Counted from the stretch's first letter, positions 14,042 to 27,640 are shown. The stretch is DNA of 64,000 nt from Octopus vulgaris (GCA_951406725.2 OX597831.1:79236001-79300000); one strand, 5' to 3'. Translations and numbers: made by a program. The notes: a model not told the origin generated them from the letters alone.

Positions 14042-14986
14042 TATAATATATACACACACACACATCTTTTCTTCCATATTCCTTCGTCCACTCAATCTCT
14101 CAATTAACCTTCTATCTCGCATTCACTGCTCTCTTTCTCTCTCTCTCATTCTTTCTCACTCTCACTCCCACTCTCTCTTTCTGTATTCTGTATATATATA
14201 TATATATATATACATAAATATGTGTGTGTGTGTGTGTATGTGCATGTATGTGTATGTATATATCTGCATGTGTACGCCTGTATACCTCATGCACCCTTTC
14301 TTCCTTCAAGCTCTTTCCTTCTCTATTTCCCACATTTTCCTATGTATCTCTGTACCTTTCACTATCTCTCTCTCTCTCTATCTCTATCTATCTATCTGTC
14401 TGTCTGTCTGTTTGAAAGAGATCTTTCTGTGCGTTTTGCCCTTCTGTCTGTCACTTGCTCCTCCTTCTTTCTGTAACCAAGCACTCCATAGCCAACACCA
14501 CCACTACCACCACCACACCACCACCACCACCACCACCACCACAAGAACAACAACAACAACAACAATAACAACAACAACGAACAGTTTCAACAACATGGTT
14601 ACGAAAACCATTCATTACCTTGATCACCACAATCACCATCACCACCACCCCCACCACCATCGCGACCACCACCGCCACCATCGCCACCACCATCACAATC
14701 ACTAACACTATCTCTACCATAGAGGTCAATCAGTTGACATATATATATTTCCATATGGCCAAAACAGCACTTCAGTTTTCAGTGAATGGAACGAAGATAA
14801 CGGAATAGAAATATATCTGTATGTCTGTCTGTCTGTCTGTCGGTCGGTCGGTCTGACTGTATGTCAGACTGTTCGTCTGTCTGTTTGTCTGTACAGTCTG
14901 TCTGTCTGTCTTTCGGTTCTGTCTTTCCCTGTGAACTAAACTCTCCACCTGTTTTGTCATAGTGTCCATCTACTTATACTTGTCTT

Positions 14987-15017
<31 letters not shown>

Positions 15018-15307
15018 GTCAATCCTTACAGAGTTTTTTGTCTTTCTCTCTCCCCCTCTCTCTCTCTGTCATCTCCTCTCACTCTCCCTCTTTCTCTCTC
15101 TCGCCACCTCTCTCTCTGTCTTTCACGTATCTGTTCCCTTTTACTCAACCATTAACCTCTCATCCTGACCGTACACAGAATCGATTTACCTGTACAGTCA
15201 ATCTGTACTGTCAGACCGTACAGTTTCTCTCCCTCTCCTCCTTCTCTCTCTCTCTCATTCCGAATCCCACTTTCTACTCTGTCTTTCTATCTCTCTGTCT
15301 GTCAATC

Positions 15308-15523
15308 TTTTCTACTCTAGGCACAAGGCCCGAAATTTGGGGGAGATGAGCCAGTCGATTAGATTGACCCCAGTACACAATTGGTACTTAATTCATCGAG
15401 CCGAAAGTATAAAAGGCAAACTCAAACTTCGGCGGAATTTGAACTCAGAACGTAAAAACAGACGAAATATCATCATTGAGCATTTCACCCGGCGTGCTAA
15501 CGTTTCTGCCAGCGCACCGCCTT
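15308..15523 (-). mobile_element. SINE family A monomer
   Basis: Plus strand reads GGCGGAATTTGAACTCAGAACGTA...CGGCGTGCTAACGTTTCTGCCAGC...CGCCTT. Confidence 0.75.
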
Positions 15524-15581
15524 AATTTTTTGCTACAAATAATAATAAGGGGGGGGGGAATTATTGTGGTTCCATAATTAC

Positions 15582-15796
15582 CTGCGTTTCTGTTACATTC
15601 AAAAGTGTAGCCATTTCTGCCCGTTCACTTGACGACAAATATTTCTTCTGTTCAAATTGTTTCTCAAGTTCAAATATTTGTCTGCCAGTAAACGTTGTTC
15701 TTGCTTTCTTCTTCTTTACGGGACATTCATCGCCGCTCGAGCTTTTCGTTACTTCACCGAGTGATTTCTTCCGTTTGTCGTTCTTGCATTCCAGTC
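15582..15796 (-). CDS. NK7: NK7-class homeobox transcription factor, internal exon encoding homeodomain residues 1-44
   Basis: Translation ...[45 protein letters not shown] matches the NK7 family ([15 protein letters not shown]) as I recall it, unlike Nkx6 (TRPTFSGQQIFALEK). Donor CAG|GTAATT at 15582/15581. Likely acceptor ...aaactag|GA at 15797/15796 (phase 1), less certain than the donor. Confidence 0.88.
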
Positions 15797-15917
15797 CTAG
15801 TTTTTTAAATACGGAAAAGAAACACACATAAGTAAATTTTAAAAATAAAAGAAAGTTTGGTGTGTGCGTATGTGAACGTGTGTGTGTGTGTGTCCCCAAA
15901 ATTATCTTTCTTTTTTT

Positions 15918-16107
15918 TCTTTTATTTGTTTCAGTCTTTTGACTGCGGCCATACTGGGGCACCGCCTTTAGTCGAGCAAATCGACCCCAGAACTTATTCT
16001 TTGTAAGCCTGGTACATATTGTATCGGTCATCTTGCCGAATCGCTAAGTTACGGGGACGTAAACACACCAGTATCGGTTGTCAAGCGATGCTGGGGAACA
16101 AACACAG

Positions 16108-16186
<79 letters not shown>

Positions 16187-16350
16187 CGACGGACTTCTTT
16201 CAGTTTCCGTCTACCAAATTCACTCACAAGGTTTTGGTCGGCCCGAGGCTATAATAGAAAACACTTGGACAAGCTGCCACGCAGAGGGACTGAACCCGGA
16301 ACCATGTGGTTCGTAAGCAAGCTACTTACCGCACAGTCACTCCTGCGCTT
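15918..16350 (-). mobile_element. SINE family B, full length
   Basis: Colinear with 39625-40048. It supplies the spurious N-terminus of ORF 15561-16031. Confidence 0.85.
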
Positions 16351-16774
16351 ATATACATAATACAAGACTATATAGATAATATATACAAGTACAAACGAAA
16401 CAAACGGAAAGATTTACACAGACTGTTGCTAAATTCCCTTCAGTTATCGTTCAAAGTATCGCAGCAATTTAAACATCTTCAATGACAAAGTTAAACCCGT
16501 TTGGGAGTTTCAACCACGAGAGGCCGCTGGGAAATAGCGAGCAAGCAATGAAGGGACCATGACTGAAGGTTAACATATGAACAAAAAGGAAATATATATA
16601 CTTCATACAATATACGTTATGCAAACGAAATAGCATTGAAGAGGAGACGAATATTGAAAGGACATGGGACAAACACGAAACCAAAAACGACGGAAAGTGG
16701 ACAGAGAAACATAATGAAATGAATAAACAGAATAAGGCTTTATGACGTGAGAGAAAGACAGATTAACACAATAG

Positions 16775-16819
<45 letters not shown>

Positions 16820-16982
16820 TTAGGAAAGTTCTGATGATGACAGTCGTTCAAACGTAGCTAAAATATATGTATTATATATAATCGTAAAGCATGGACACAA
16901 GGTTTCAGCAAGCCGTAGATTCTCTTGAGAAAATATTCAAACTTCTACTTTAGCTGAGTGAAAACAGTGTATACTGAAACAC

Positions 16983-17040
<58 letters not shown>

Positions 17041-17074
17041 CATACATACATACATACATACATACATACATACA

Positions 17075-17110
<36 letters not shown>

Positions 17111-17604
17111 TATATATGCGTATATGTACTTACCTACCTCTACATGTATATATACATGCATATATGGGTACAGGACACCAAAAAAACGTCGAACACAATG
17201 AGAAACGAAAGCATAAACACAAAACCAAGGAAATGAGCCCCAGGAACAAGACCTAGTGTTGCCATCTCGAGCCAACAGTTGTCCTGGGGCGATGAAGTCA
17301 AATAACCCAGAAACCATGGTAGTCCGCAGGTGTCGTTTAAGTGTGAGTGGGGACATCAGCTCCCTTGTTCCAGGTATGAGGACGCAGCTATGCGTCGGTA
17401 GCCGGCTGGAAAGTATGTTTTCGTGGGGCTAAAAAATGGTAATAACACCATTCTAGCCAAGACGGCCAATTTACATTCGCAAATAGACTTTACTCTGTAG
17501 TAGAGATATTACTCACTTCTCACTCAGAGATTCAAAATTAAATGTTTTCCTATCTCTCTCTCTCACTCACTCGCTCGCTCTCTCTCACTCTCTCTCTCTC
17601 TGTC

Positions 17605-17666
<62 letters not shown>

Positions 17667-17700
17667 GTCTATCCACTATGCCTAGTATTCCATATTCTGC

Positions 17701-17780
17701 TACCTCTGATGAACGTAGGGTTATATAATCAGACTGTTACCTAACACTCCGTTCTACCCCTAACGCGAAACCGGTAAGAT
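17701..17780 (+). ncRNA. Degenerate hammerhead-like motif with a long stem II
   Basis: ACCU-CUGAUGA-aCGUAGGGU...ACCCCUAACGc-GAAAC-CG-GUA-AGAU, with palindromic stem III ACCGGU and one stem I mismatch. Confidence 0.45.
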
Positions 17781-19720
17781 CGGCCCTGAGGGATATATAA
17801 TACTATACACTTCGAATAACAAATCCACTCCACTAACAGATATCCGAGCGCATCTTTTCCTTTACTTATGGACTTTTAGACGACTCACGTCTGAGATTTT
17901 GTAAGACTCCCTATGATGATGATGATGGTCGTGATGACGGTGGTGGAGGTGGTGGTAGTGGTGGGGGTGCATAGGACGGCGGCGTCGTTGGCAATAGTGT
18001 CCGTAATAGTGACTGTGCAAGTATTGTTGTGCAGGCGGGATAGATGAATAATAGAGGTATTGGCGGTTGTGTTGACTGTTTGTGGTGATAGTAGATGTTG
18101 CAGTAGTAGCAACAGAGTTAGAGATATCAGCAGTGATAATAGAGGAATGTAGGGGTGATGGTAGGAATATTGGGAGAGAGGTGTTGGGGCCACGGGTGTA
18201 GCTAGGGTAGAGAAAGGGTGCTAGTGGTAATGGTTGTGGTGGTGGTGGTGGTGGTGGTGGTAGTAGTCTTAGTGGCTGTGGTAGTAATTGTGGTGGTTGT
18301 AGCTATGGTAGTGGTTGCAGTGTTACTGATAGTGATGTTGGTAGTAGCGATAGAGGTTATGGCGATGCTGATGATGATGGATGGATGGTGGTGGTGGTGG
18401 TGGAGGTGGTGATGGTGGTGGTGGTGGTGTGATGGTGGTGGTGTGATGGTGGCGGTGGTGTAATAATGGTGGTGGTGGTGGTGGTGGCGGCGGCGATGCT
18501 GGTGGTGGTGTAAGGGTGGTGGTTGTGATGGTGGTGTTAGTGGTGGTGGTGGTTCTGGTGGTGGTGGTGGTGGTGGTGTTGGGGTGGCGGTGTGATGGTA
18601 GTGGTGGTGGTAGTGGTGGTGGTGGTGGTGGTGGCGGCGGCGGCGATGCTGGTGGTGGTGGTGATGGTGGTGATGTTGCTGTTCTGTTGCTATCAAAATG
18701 GCGTGGGTGGACGTCATCGAGTGAAACTCGTCTCAGCTTCCGGGTCTGGCTTGTCATCATATCTTCGTCAGATGTGCTGATGGGGATGAGGAGCTGAGAA
18801 CAGATGGAGCGGAAAGTCTTGCTTAAAGAGTACACGAACACCTCGCCTCTTGTCTGTCCGGAGATAAGATACGACTAATGGATTGCATGTCACTTCTAGC
18901 AGCCACATTTGAACACACACACACACGCATACACACACAGATGCGCACACATACACACGCATACACACATACACACACATATGCGCACACATACACACGC
19001 ATACACACATGCACACATACATACATAGACGCATACACACATACAAAGACGCATACACACATACACATACACACATACACGCATACACGCATACACACAT
19101 ACACACACACATACACGCATACCCATACACACACACACATACACGCATACACACGCATACACACACAGATACGCACAGACACACTCACATACTGACACAA
19201 ATACTCTCATACACGATACAGACACATGGCTGCTGAAATTCCGTTTTATTTCCAAAAACATTCACTGCTATAGAGTTATGTACACATACACACATAAACA
19301 CGCACACACCCTTCCACATACTCACACACGCTCTCTCATGTGCACACACGCAGGCACACACATGCACGGACGTACACATATATGTGGCTGTGTTTGTGTG
19401 TCTGTGTGTATGTGGGTGTGCTTGTGTGTATGTAAGTCTGTGTGTGTACCCTGGGTGCATAAAAATGCACACACTTGTGCACACACATAGTACAGCGTCA
19501 TACTATCATAAATTCGTATTATTTCCACATATACACCCTGCCATACTTGTATGTACGCAGTCACGCTTACGTATACACTGATACACACATTCATACATAC
19601 TCACACACGCACGCATACACACACACATACATACACACATGTCACTGTTATCAGACATCAAAATATACGTAACCACGATGCTTGATATCAATAAAAATAT
19701 GTCCTACCTACACACGCACG

Positions 19721-19783
<63 letters not shown>

Positions 19784-19947
19784 ACACACACACACATGCT
19801 TATACATGTTTGTACATACATGCAAACATATATAGTCACACATGCAAACATACATCACACGCATACATACCAACACACATACGTTCATACATACATAACA
19901 CACAAACACACTCACACAACACACTCACATACACACACAACATATTC

Positions 19948-20008
<61 letters not shown>

Positions 20009-20094
20009 AAGATATATATATATATAGTGGCTGACAGAGACAATTTGTATATCTGTGACAACCTTAATCAAGTGAAGCTTGCCTTTGTAGTGTC

Positions 20095-20141
<47 letters not shown>

Positions 20142-20202
20142 CATATATATGTATATATATATGTATATATATATACATATATATATGTATATATATATAC
20201 GT

Positions 20203-20323
<121 letters not shown>

Positions 20324-21204
20324 ATATGTATGTATATATATATATATATACTTATATGTAGCGCTGAAATTAAGATAAGAGAAAGAAAATGTACGACTGG
20401 AAAGAAAAAGAATGAAGGAAAGTAATAAATTAAAAAGAAAAAAAAAGAAAGTAGTGATAAAAAAAAGGATAAAAAATAAGGGGAGAGAGCAGGAAAGGGA
20501 AGTAATGAAAATAAGAAGCAATGAGGTTAAAGAATGTTTATGCTGATTTCAAGATATCTGAGGGTTATCTCCCTTCTGTCCTCCTTCGCCACCAGTGACT
20601 TACGTAGATGTTAATTTGTCCAATGAAATGATAACAAACGTGAATACCTTCACGACCTCTAATTACATCTGAAAGGAGCCTGTTCAACCAACAGCTTCTT
20701 TTTTCTTCGTTTTGGCTTTTGTATTTGCTTGTTTTGAGTTGAATATATGCCTGTGTGGTTAACTAACTCGCTTTGCAACCCCATAGTTTCAGGTTCATCC
20801 CCAGGGCAGGGCATCTTGGACAACGCAACTCTCTTTTACAGTATCCCTGACGAAACCTATATCAACGCGTGGAACTTCGCTGATCCGGCTTAACGCTTTC
20901 AGTTGATAGAATTATAATATTCCCATCAGTGTTTCACAACCATATTAAACCTATAGACCCCTTTCGTTACTGTTTTGCTCCGATGGAGCCCCATCGCCAT
21001 TCAATGTTTAAAAATTAGATTTACAGATATATCTTACAAAATTTCACATTTTGTTTGCCACACTTTCACTTGTATATGTTTACAATGACACTTTCTGGGA
21101 GAACATGTCTCAGGGTCCGGTAACAGGACAAACCGTATATAAAGAACGTTACAGAAAGAAACGTAGCAATAAACACATCTGAAACACATTTTATTTTCAG
21201 GGAT

Positions 21205-21550
21205 ACTCAAAATGCTACCTCCACACTCACCAGATTTAGCGCCTTCAGACTATCATCGCTTCGGCGCTATGAAAGAGGGTTTGAGAGGCAAACATTATTC
21301 CAGTGACGAGGAAGTGAAAACTGTAGTGAAGAAGTGGCTCAAACAACAGTCAACAGAATTTTACAGGGCAGGATTACATGCTCTCATTCGAAGGTGGAAC
21401 ATTCCTATTGAGAGAAACGGTGACTATGTTGAGAAGTAGAGATGTGATCCACAGAGGACCAGCTTCATTTTGATGTATGATACATGTTCCTGTGTTGGTA
21501 ATTATACCTGTCCTAAACAAAATGGCATTACATTTTGACTCACCCGCGTA
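21205..21550 (+). mobile_element. Mariner transposon 3' fragment (transposase C-terminus and right TIR)
   Basis: PPHSPDLAPSDYHRFGAMKEGLRGKHY...RWNIPIERNGDYVEK carries the YSPDLAPxD motif. The element ends ...ttttgactcacccgcg followed by TA at 21549-21550. Confidence 0.85.
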
Positions 21551-21851
21551 CATATACATATTCTTGATTCCTAGTATTCTGAAATCCCGTTTCCATGGCG
21601 TGTAAGTCAACTAGATCACAACATTCTTTGAAAATGACGCCGGTCTGTTGCCGGATTCAAGGCCGGAAATTGTGACTGGAGGGTATGAGTCGTTTACATT
21701 GACTCCAACTCTTGACAGTACATTTTGTATCTATATCTAGTAATTTGTAATTTTGAGGGGTTTTTCCCCCCATTCGAGGAATATTTTTAACCCGATAATC
21801 TACACCCTGTTATTTTCATCTTTATCTACTTCGAGCGTTAGAAGCTACTGA

Positions 21852-21882
<31 letters not shown>

Positions 21883-21961
21883 TACACATACAAACATACA
21901 CACATGCACACACACACACACACACGCACATACACACACACACACATATACATATATATAT

Positions 21962-22155
21962 ATAATTGTAAAAGAGGACAACAAACGTTAAGGCAAGGCA
22001 AACATCTCAAGTCATATACATTATTATTATTGGTAATAATTCAAAGTCTTACAGCTGTTTCTGCGATATCACAGAGTATGGGATATTCCGTCATCGGAAC
22101 AAATAGGGAACATGAGAAGGGTATAGATTATAGTGGACAGGAATAACGAAATAAG
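21962..22155 (-). mobile_element. Single copy of the same Penelope-like unit
   Basis: Similar to 23701-23900 (AAGAGGACAACAAA...AAGGCAAGGCAAACATCTCAA...AGCTGTTTCTG...CCGTCATCG...GAAGGGTATAGATTA). Confidence 0.65.
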
Positions 22156-22351
22156 GAAACACACACACAGACACATATATATACGCTGGTAGTCCGACAA
22201 TGGCTTAGCTGGCCTAAAATTCGAAGAAACTGTCAATAACGTTAGAATAATAATAAATTTATACTCTACAAAAAAAGTAAGCTTTGAGATTAATGTAAAA
22301 TTGTCTCTATTATAAGTGAACAGATAAATCAAACATAATACTATATATATT

Positions 22352-22731
22352 TACTACGGTTACGACGACGAGGGTTCCAGTTGAATCCGATCAACGGAAC
22401 AGCCTGCTCGTGAAATTAACGTGCAAGTGGCCGAGCACTCCACAGACACGTGTACCCTTAACGTAGTTCTTGGGGAGATTCAGCGTGACACACAGTGTGA
22501 CAAGACTGGCCCTTTGAAATACAAGTACAACAGTCACAGGGAGAAAGAGTGACAGTAGCAGTGGAAGAATACAGCAGGGTTGGCCACCCCCATCCCCAAC
22601 CCCTGCCGGAGCCTCGCAGACCTCTAAGTGTTTTCGCTCAATAAACACCCACAACGCCTGGTCTGGGAATCGAAACGGCGATTCTATGACCGTGAGTCCG
22701 CTGCCCTAACCACTGGGCCATTGGGCCTCAC

Positions 22732-22732
<1 letters not shown>
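22352..22732 (-). mobile_element. tRNA-derived SINE family C
   Basis: Minus-strand head GAGGCCCAATGGCCCAGTGGTTAGGGCAGCGGACTCACGGTC...GTTTCGATTCCCAGACC is tRNA-like. The 3' part CACTTGCACGTTAATTTCACGAGCAGGCTGTTCC...GTCGTCGTAACC recurs on the plus strand at about 57340-57430. Confidence 0.75.
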
Positions 22733-22791
<59 letters not shown>

Positions 22792-23295
22792 TATATATAT
22801 ACATATACACAATATATATATATATATATATATACATGTACGAGTATATATATATATACACACATTTCTCCTTACTCTCTCTCTCTCTCTTTCTTTATCC
22901 TCCATTCGAATCTTCCGTCATATATTTTCCCCTGTCCTCTTCAAATCTCTCCTCCTTACATCTTCTTCTTCTTCTTCTTCTTCTTCCAATTTTCTTTTTT
23001 TTTTTCATACCCGTTTCATCCCTCCTTCCATTCTGCCACATATTCTCAATACTAAGAACTATAATTCACCATCAGCGTGACACACGTATATCAAAACATC
23101 AAATGACACCCGTATGGCCGGGACAGGAAGTAGGCGTGGCTTGTCTGAAGTGACTTCCTGCCATATTGCTGATTCTATTTAGTAACCCAACGTTTAAGTA
23201 ATCACATGCGCCATATTGTATGTAGGTCTTTGCACGGATACACATCCCACATTGAGATATATAGATATATACATACATATACGTATGAACTTATG

Positions 23296-23525
<230 letters not shown>

Positions 23526-23713
23526 ATACATGTATATACTTTTGTATGTGTGTGTGTATATAAAATACGGAGGTTTAGTTCTCAGGTGATGTAAACGATT
23601 AGGTACGCCGGGTAAGTTCTGTAACGGATTACCAGGGCTCCGAGGTTATATCCAAGATGGTAGTTATGGAGCCATTGCAGATTTCCGATGCAGCATATAT
23701 ATAATTGTTAAAG

Positions 23714-24165
23714 AGGACAACAAATGTTAAGGCAAGGCAAACATCTCAATTCGTGTACAATGTTATTATTGGAAAAATTAAAATTCTTATAGCTGTTTCT
23801 GGAATATTATGGAATATTCCGTCATCGAAGACAAATAGGGAAAATGTGAAGGGTATAGATTAATGGAAAAAATGATATAGAGGACAGGAGAAAAGGAAAA
23901 GACTTATGGACAAACATCTACAAGATCGGAAAGTTGAATAGTGAACTTTTATGCTTCCTTTTTCTTCTTTTCCTTCATTTATTTATTCCTTTTATCCCGT
24001 CCTCTGTATCATCGTTTCATTAATCTATACCCGTCACATTCTCCTTATCTGTCCCCGATGACAGGATATCCCATGGTTTGAGATATCTCAGAAACAGCTG
24101 TAAGACTTTGAATGTTTCCAATAATAATAACGTATATGACTTGTCTTACCTTAATGTTTGTTGTC

Positions 24166-24167
<2 letters not shown>
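23714..24167. mobile_element. Foldback pair of Penelope-like repeat units (arms about 23714-23898 and 23986-24167)
   Basis: AGGACAACAAATGTTAAGG pairs with CCTTAATGTTTGTTGTCCT, and GGGTATAGATTAATG with CATTAATCTATACCC. Each arm contains a hammerhead-like motif. The Penelope assignment is inferred from that motif and the inverted arrangement. Confidence 0.65.
24051..24106 (+). ncRNA. Hammerhead-like motif (U4C core variant)
   Basis: GUCC-CCGAUGA-C-aGGAUAUC...GAUAUCUc-A-GAAAC-AGCU-GUA-AGAC, with palindromic stem III ACAGCUGU and one stem I mismatch. Confidence 0.5.
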
Positions 24168-24198
<31 letters not shown>

Positions 24199-24324
24199 CG
24201 TGTGTGTGTGTGTGAGTCTGTGTGTATATATATATATATGTATATAAGTGCGTATATATATATGTAAGGGTATCACATACATACATACATACATACATAC
24301 ATACATACATACATACATACATAC

Positions 24325-24388
<64 letters not shown>

Positions 24389-24391
24389 TAT

Positions 24392-24563
24392 AAAGTTAAT
24401 CCAAACATGAAAACACAAAGAGAAAGCACAACAACGCGAGGACGTGGAACAAATATAGTATTATTGGACGCTCAGGAAGGAAGGGAAGAAGGAAGGCTTT
24501 ACGTTTCGAGCGGAGCTCTTCGTCAGAAACGTAGGAGAAAGAAAGATCCAGAGAAAGGAAGAC
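24392..24563 (-). mobile_element. Short Penelope-like repeat, second family (another copy at about 61222-61410)
   Basis: AAAGTTAATCCAAACA...CACAACAACGCGAGGACGTGGAACA.ATATAGTATTATTGGACGCTCAGGAA...CGTTTCGAGCGGAGCTCTTCGTC is shared by both copies, and both abut (TA)n. Confidence 0.65.
24496..24530 (-). ncRNA. Minimal type I hammerhead ribozyme motif
   Basis: Minus-strand RNA GUUU-CUGACGA-A-GAGC(ucc)GCUC-GAAAC-GUA-AAGC. Core boxes are intact, stem II has 4 bp, stem III is the palindrome ACGU, the cleavage triplet is GUA, and stem I is GUUU/AAGC. Confidence 0.6.
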
Positions 24564-24805
24564 GTATGTATGTATGTAAACTTATATGACTGTGTGTAAA
24601 TGTTTATGTATCCATACAGATATTAGTATGTGTGTATATGTCTGTGTGTACCGGTGCATGAGTATATACATGTGCCTGTACGTGTATGTATAAACAATGT
24701 CGATGTTCTTATTAAAAAGACTCGATATCAACGTGAGCCATATTTCCTTGCCATAAAAGTGTCAGGTTCTCCTCATACCCCGTCCCGCTACCCTTCAACT
24801 CCCAA

Positions 24806-24846
<41 letters not shown>

Positions 24847-25123
24847 TTCACCTCTATAACTGCCTCTCTTTTACTCAATAATTATGATGTCTGTATGCGT
24901 GTGTATGTGTCTATAAGGACCTATATATTTGTATTTACGTTTATGGGACACATATAATACACACACACACATACAAACACAGCACGCACACATGCACACA
25001 CACAGAGACATGCAAAGACACACATGTATGTCTGTATATATTTACATACATATATAGATATATATATAACATATATTTATATATGTTATATCCATCCAAT
25101 TAATAATAATATAGTATATATAC

Positions 25124-25206
<83 letters not shown>

Positions 25207-25629
25207 GTATATGTATGTATATGTATATATATATGTATATATATATATGTATATATATATATGCATACATACGCACATACATTACTTTTATTTCTCATCC
25301 AAGCAACCACTACAAGTAAGTTATGAAACCACTTGACTCTTCACTGCACACAATCTGAAGACTATTCCCCTCACATTTCATTATCAAACTCTAACGTTTG
25401 TTTTTCTACTTATATTCTCTTTTATATATTTATTTTATTTGTTATTTTTTGTGATTCCCCTAACGAATGAAATGAAAATATCATTGCCGCAGTCGATAAA
25501 ATAAATACTAATTAATTGCTAGATTCAATTAAAATCGACAACAAACCACCAAAATCCATACACAACATCCTACTCCGCCATTCCACCGAGAATTGCAGCC
25601 CTATTATGCTCTAACAAAACATGTTCATG

Positions 25630-25721
<92 letters not shown>

Positions 25722-25968
25722 GGTATGTAGGCATTCGTGGCATGGAGAAGGCATAAACGGTGAAGTGCTAAAATGAATGTCTGTGCCGAGTATTTAGTTT
25801 CACCATTCTGTATTCTCTGCTCAAATCCCACAGGTGTGGGCGGTGTCGATAGATTAAGTGGCACAACGTGATGGCGGTGAAATCAGTTTAAAACGATTTT
25901 ACACCAAATCGCACTTCAATTACAAGTTTTATGCCAAATGTTAAAAATAGCTGTTTTATTTATTATTG

Positions 25969-26094
25969 AGAAGAAGAAGAAGAAGAAGAAGAAGAAGAAG
26001 AAGAAGAAGAAGAAGAAGAAGAAGAAGAAGAAGAAGAAGAAGAAGAAGAAGAAGAAGAAGAAGAACAAGAAGAACAAGAAGAACAAGAAGAAGA
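25969..26094. repeat. (AAG)n microsatellite
   Basis: Seen directly. Similar (TTC)n tracts lie at 53085-53290 and 54691-54873. Confidence 0.95.
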
Positions 26095-26285
26095 CTGGAT
26101 TCAAATTTTGCAAACAAGGACAGCCGTTTGGGGGAGGCGAGAATTCGATTACATCTTAACCCCCTCCCCTGTGTTCAGCTGGTATTTAACGTAACGACTC
26201 CGACAATTTGAAAGGCAAAGTTGACCTCGGTGAGCGAAATACCGCTAAGCATTTCGTCCAGAGCTCTAACGAGTCTGCCAGCTCA
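26095..26285 (-). mobile_element. SINE family A monomer, degenerate
   Basis: GAAAGGCAAAGTTGACCTCGG...GAAATACCGCTAAGCATTTCGTCC...CTGCCAGCTC. Confidence 0.65.
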
Positions 26286-26329
26286 TTACCTTGATACTAC
26301 TACTACTATTACTACTACTAATAATAAAA

Positions 26330-27055
26330 GAATTAACCGGAAACGTTCTCTGTGGGACAAGCGTGTTGTAGTTCAGACTTCTGCAGCTAGAAGCCACTTG
26401 ATGCGACCCTCAGTCATCAGTCTGCCAACCAACGTTCTTCCCGCTGGTCATACTGCTACGTGGTGCGTCTTTGCTTTGCATGGCTTCTCCCCTGTTCGCC
26501 GATTTTACAACTGGTTTTCATGCTTTAGGAGTGATCACTTGTCGCTTAAAGACCAACCTCGTTCAGGACGATCGTCGACCCCCAGAACGAATGAAAACAT
26601 CGTGAAAATTCATGAACTGAACTTGGGGGACCATCAATGAACAATTGAAGAACTTGTTGATACGCCTGGTGCGTCCTGGAGCTCCTGCTAACGAATTTTG
26701 AGTGAAGAATTGCGAATTAAAAAAGTTGCAGCAAGCCTTGTGCCTCGGTTGTTGACGGAAGATCAAAAGCAGTCACGACTGAACGCGAGTCCTGAACTGA
26801 AAGAACAGTTGGAAATTGATTCAGAATTTTTTCCGAAGGTCATCACTGGTGTTGTAAGACGGAATTTGAATACGTGGAAGGGGCGAAGAAAAAATTGACG
26901 GAGGCGTTAAAAGCCAGTACTGCTTCAAACAGTGGAAAACGCGTCTGGACCGAGGCATTGCTTCAAGCGGAGAATACTCAGAAGGCGATAAAAGTATAAA
27001 CATGTAAAACTAAGCGAATAAAATAATACTGGAAAATTCTGGTTTCTTTTGGGAA
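26330..27055 (+). mobile_element. Internally deleted, degenerate mariner element
   Basis: Fragments FYNWFSCFRSDHLSLKDQPRSGRSST (RSGRP-type linker), LRIKKVAASLVPRLLTEDQK (WVPxxL motif), FFPKVITG, then a jump to C-terminal CFKQWKTRLDRGIASSGEYSEGDK. Confidence 0.8.
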
Positions 27056-27064
27056 TGTTTCGAC

Positions 27065-27368
27065 CAAAGATTGGTCCAGGCATGTCTGACTTAATAGCAC
27101 TACCTGACAGGATTATCTAAATCCTTTTTAAGTCAAGTTTTGTGATATCGTGGTCCATTCGAGTACGGAGTTCTTGTTGAGTGAGTTGTATCCAGGTATT
27201 GGTGGCTTGTCTGGTATTCCTTGAAGAAATTTGTCCATATTCCGTTTAAAGGTGATGGGATCCTTTTCCTCTTGGATCAGTTTTGGGACAATGTTATACA
27301 GGGCAGGGCTTGTTGAGGAAGAAATTGTGCTGCTGTGTACTGCTGTGATCCTGAATTGAGTAGGGGAC
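27065..27368 (-). mobile_element. 3' end of a CR1/L2-group LINE
   Basis: ORF 27128-27394 reads SPALYNIVPKLIQEEKDPITFKRNMDKFLQGIPDKPPIPGY...NSVLEW, the typical LxNxLP...FKxxLDxFLxxxPD C-terminus of CR1/L2-type ORF2. Confidence 0.65.
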
Positions 27369-27640
27369 GTATATATATATATATACACACACACTTACAT
27401 AATACATATAAACGTATATATAGATATACATATATATGTATAAATATGTATATGTATGTATATATATACATAAACTCGCACAAACACTTATATATATATA
27501 TATATAAACATACACATATTTATATATTTATTATGTATGTGTATGTATGTGTCTGTGTATATATGTGTGTGTGTGTGTGCGTATATATATATATATACAT
27601 ATATATATGTCTATATATATGTGTGTATATATATATGTGC

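Noticed and set aside
15797-16031. N-terminal part of ORF 15561-16031 (MTDTICTRL...)
   Set aside because: It is read through intron sequence and a SINE-B copy. The exon most likely starts at the AG acceptor at 15797/15796.
18200-18900. Pro/His/Thr-rich minus-strand ORFs and an eh1-like QSISRIL peptide as the missing NK7 first exon
   Set aside because: The peptide lacks the key aromatic residue and is followed by a stop at 18823. The ORFs are (ACC)n repeats, and I saw no convincing phase-1 donor. Not fully excluded without RNA data.
22660-22732. tRNA-like sequence (also in the SINE-A and SINE-B heads)
   Set aside because: These are SINE heads that continue into repeat bodies and do not form a complete cloverleaf.
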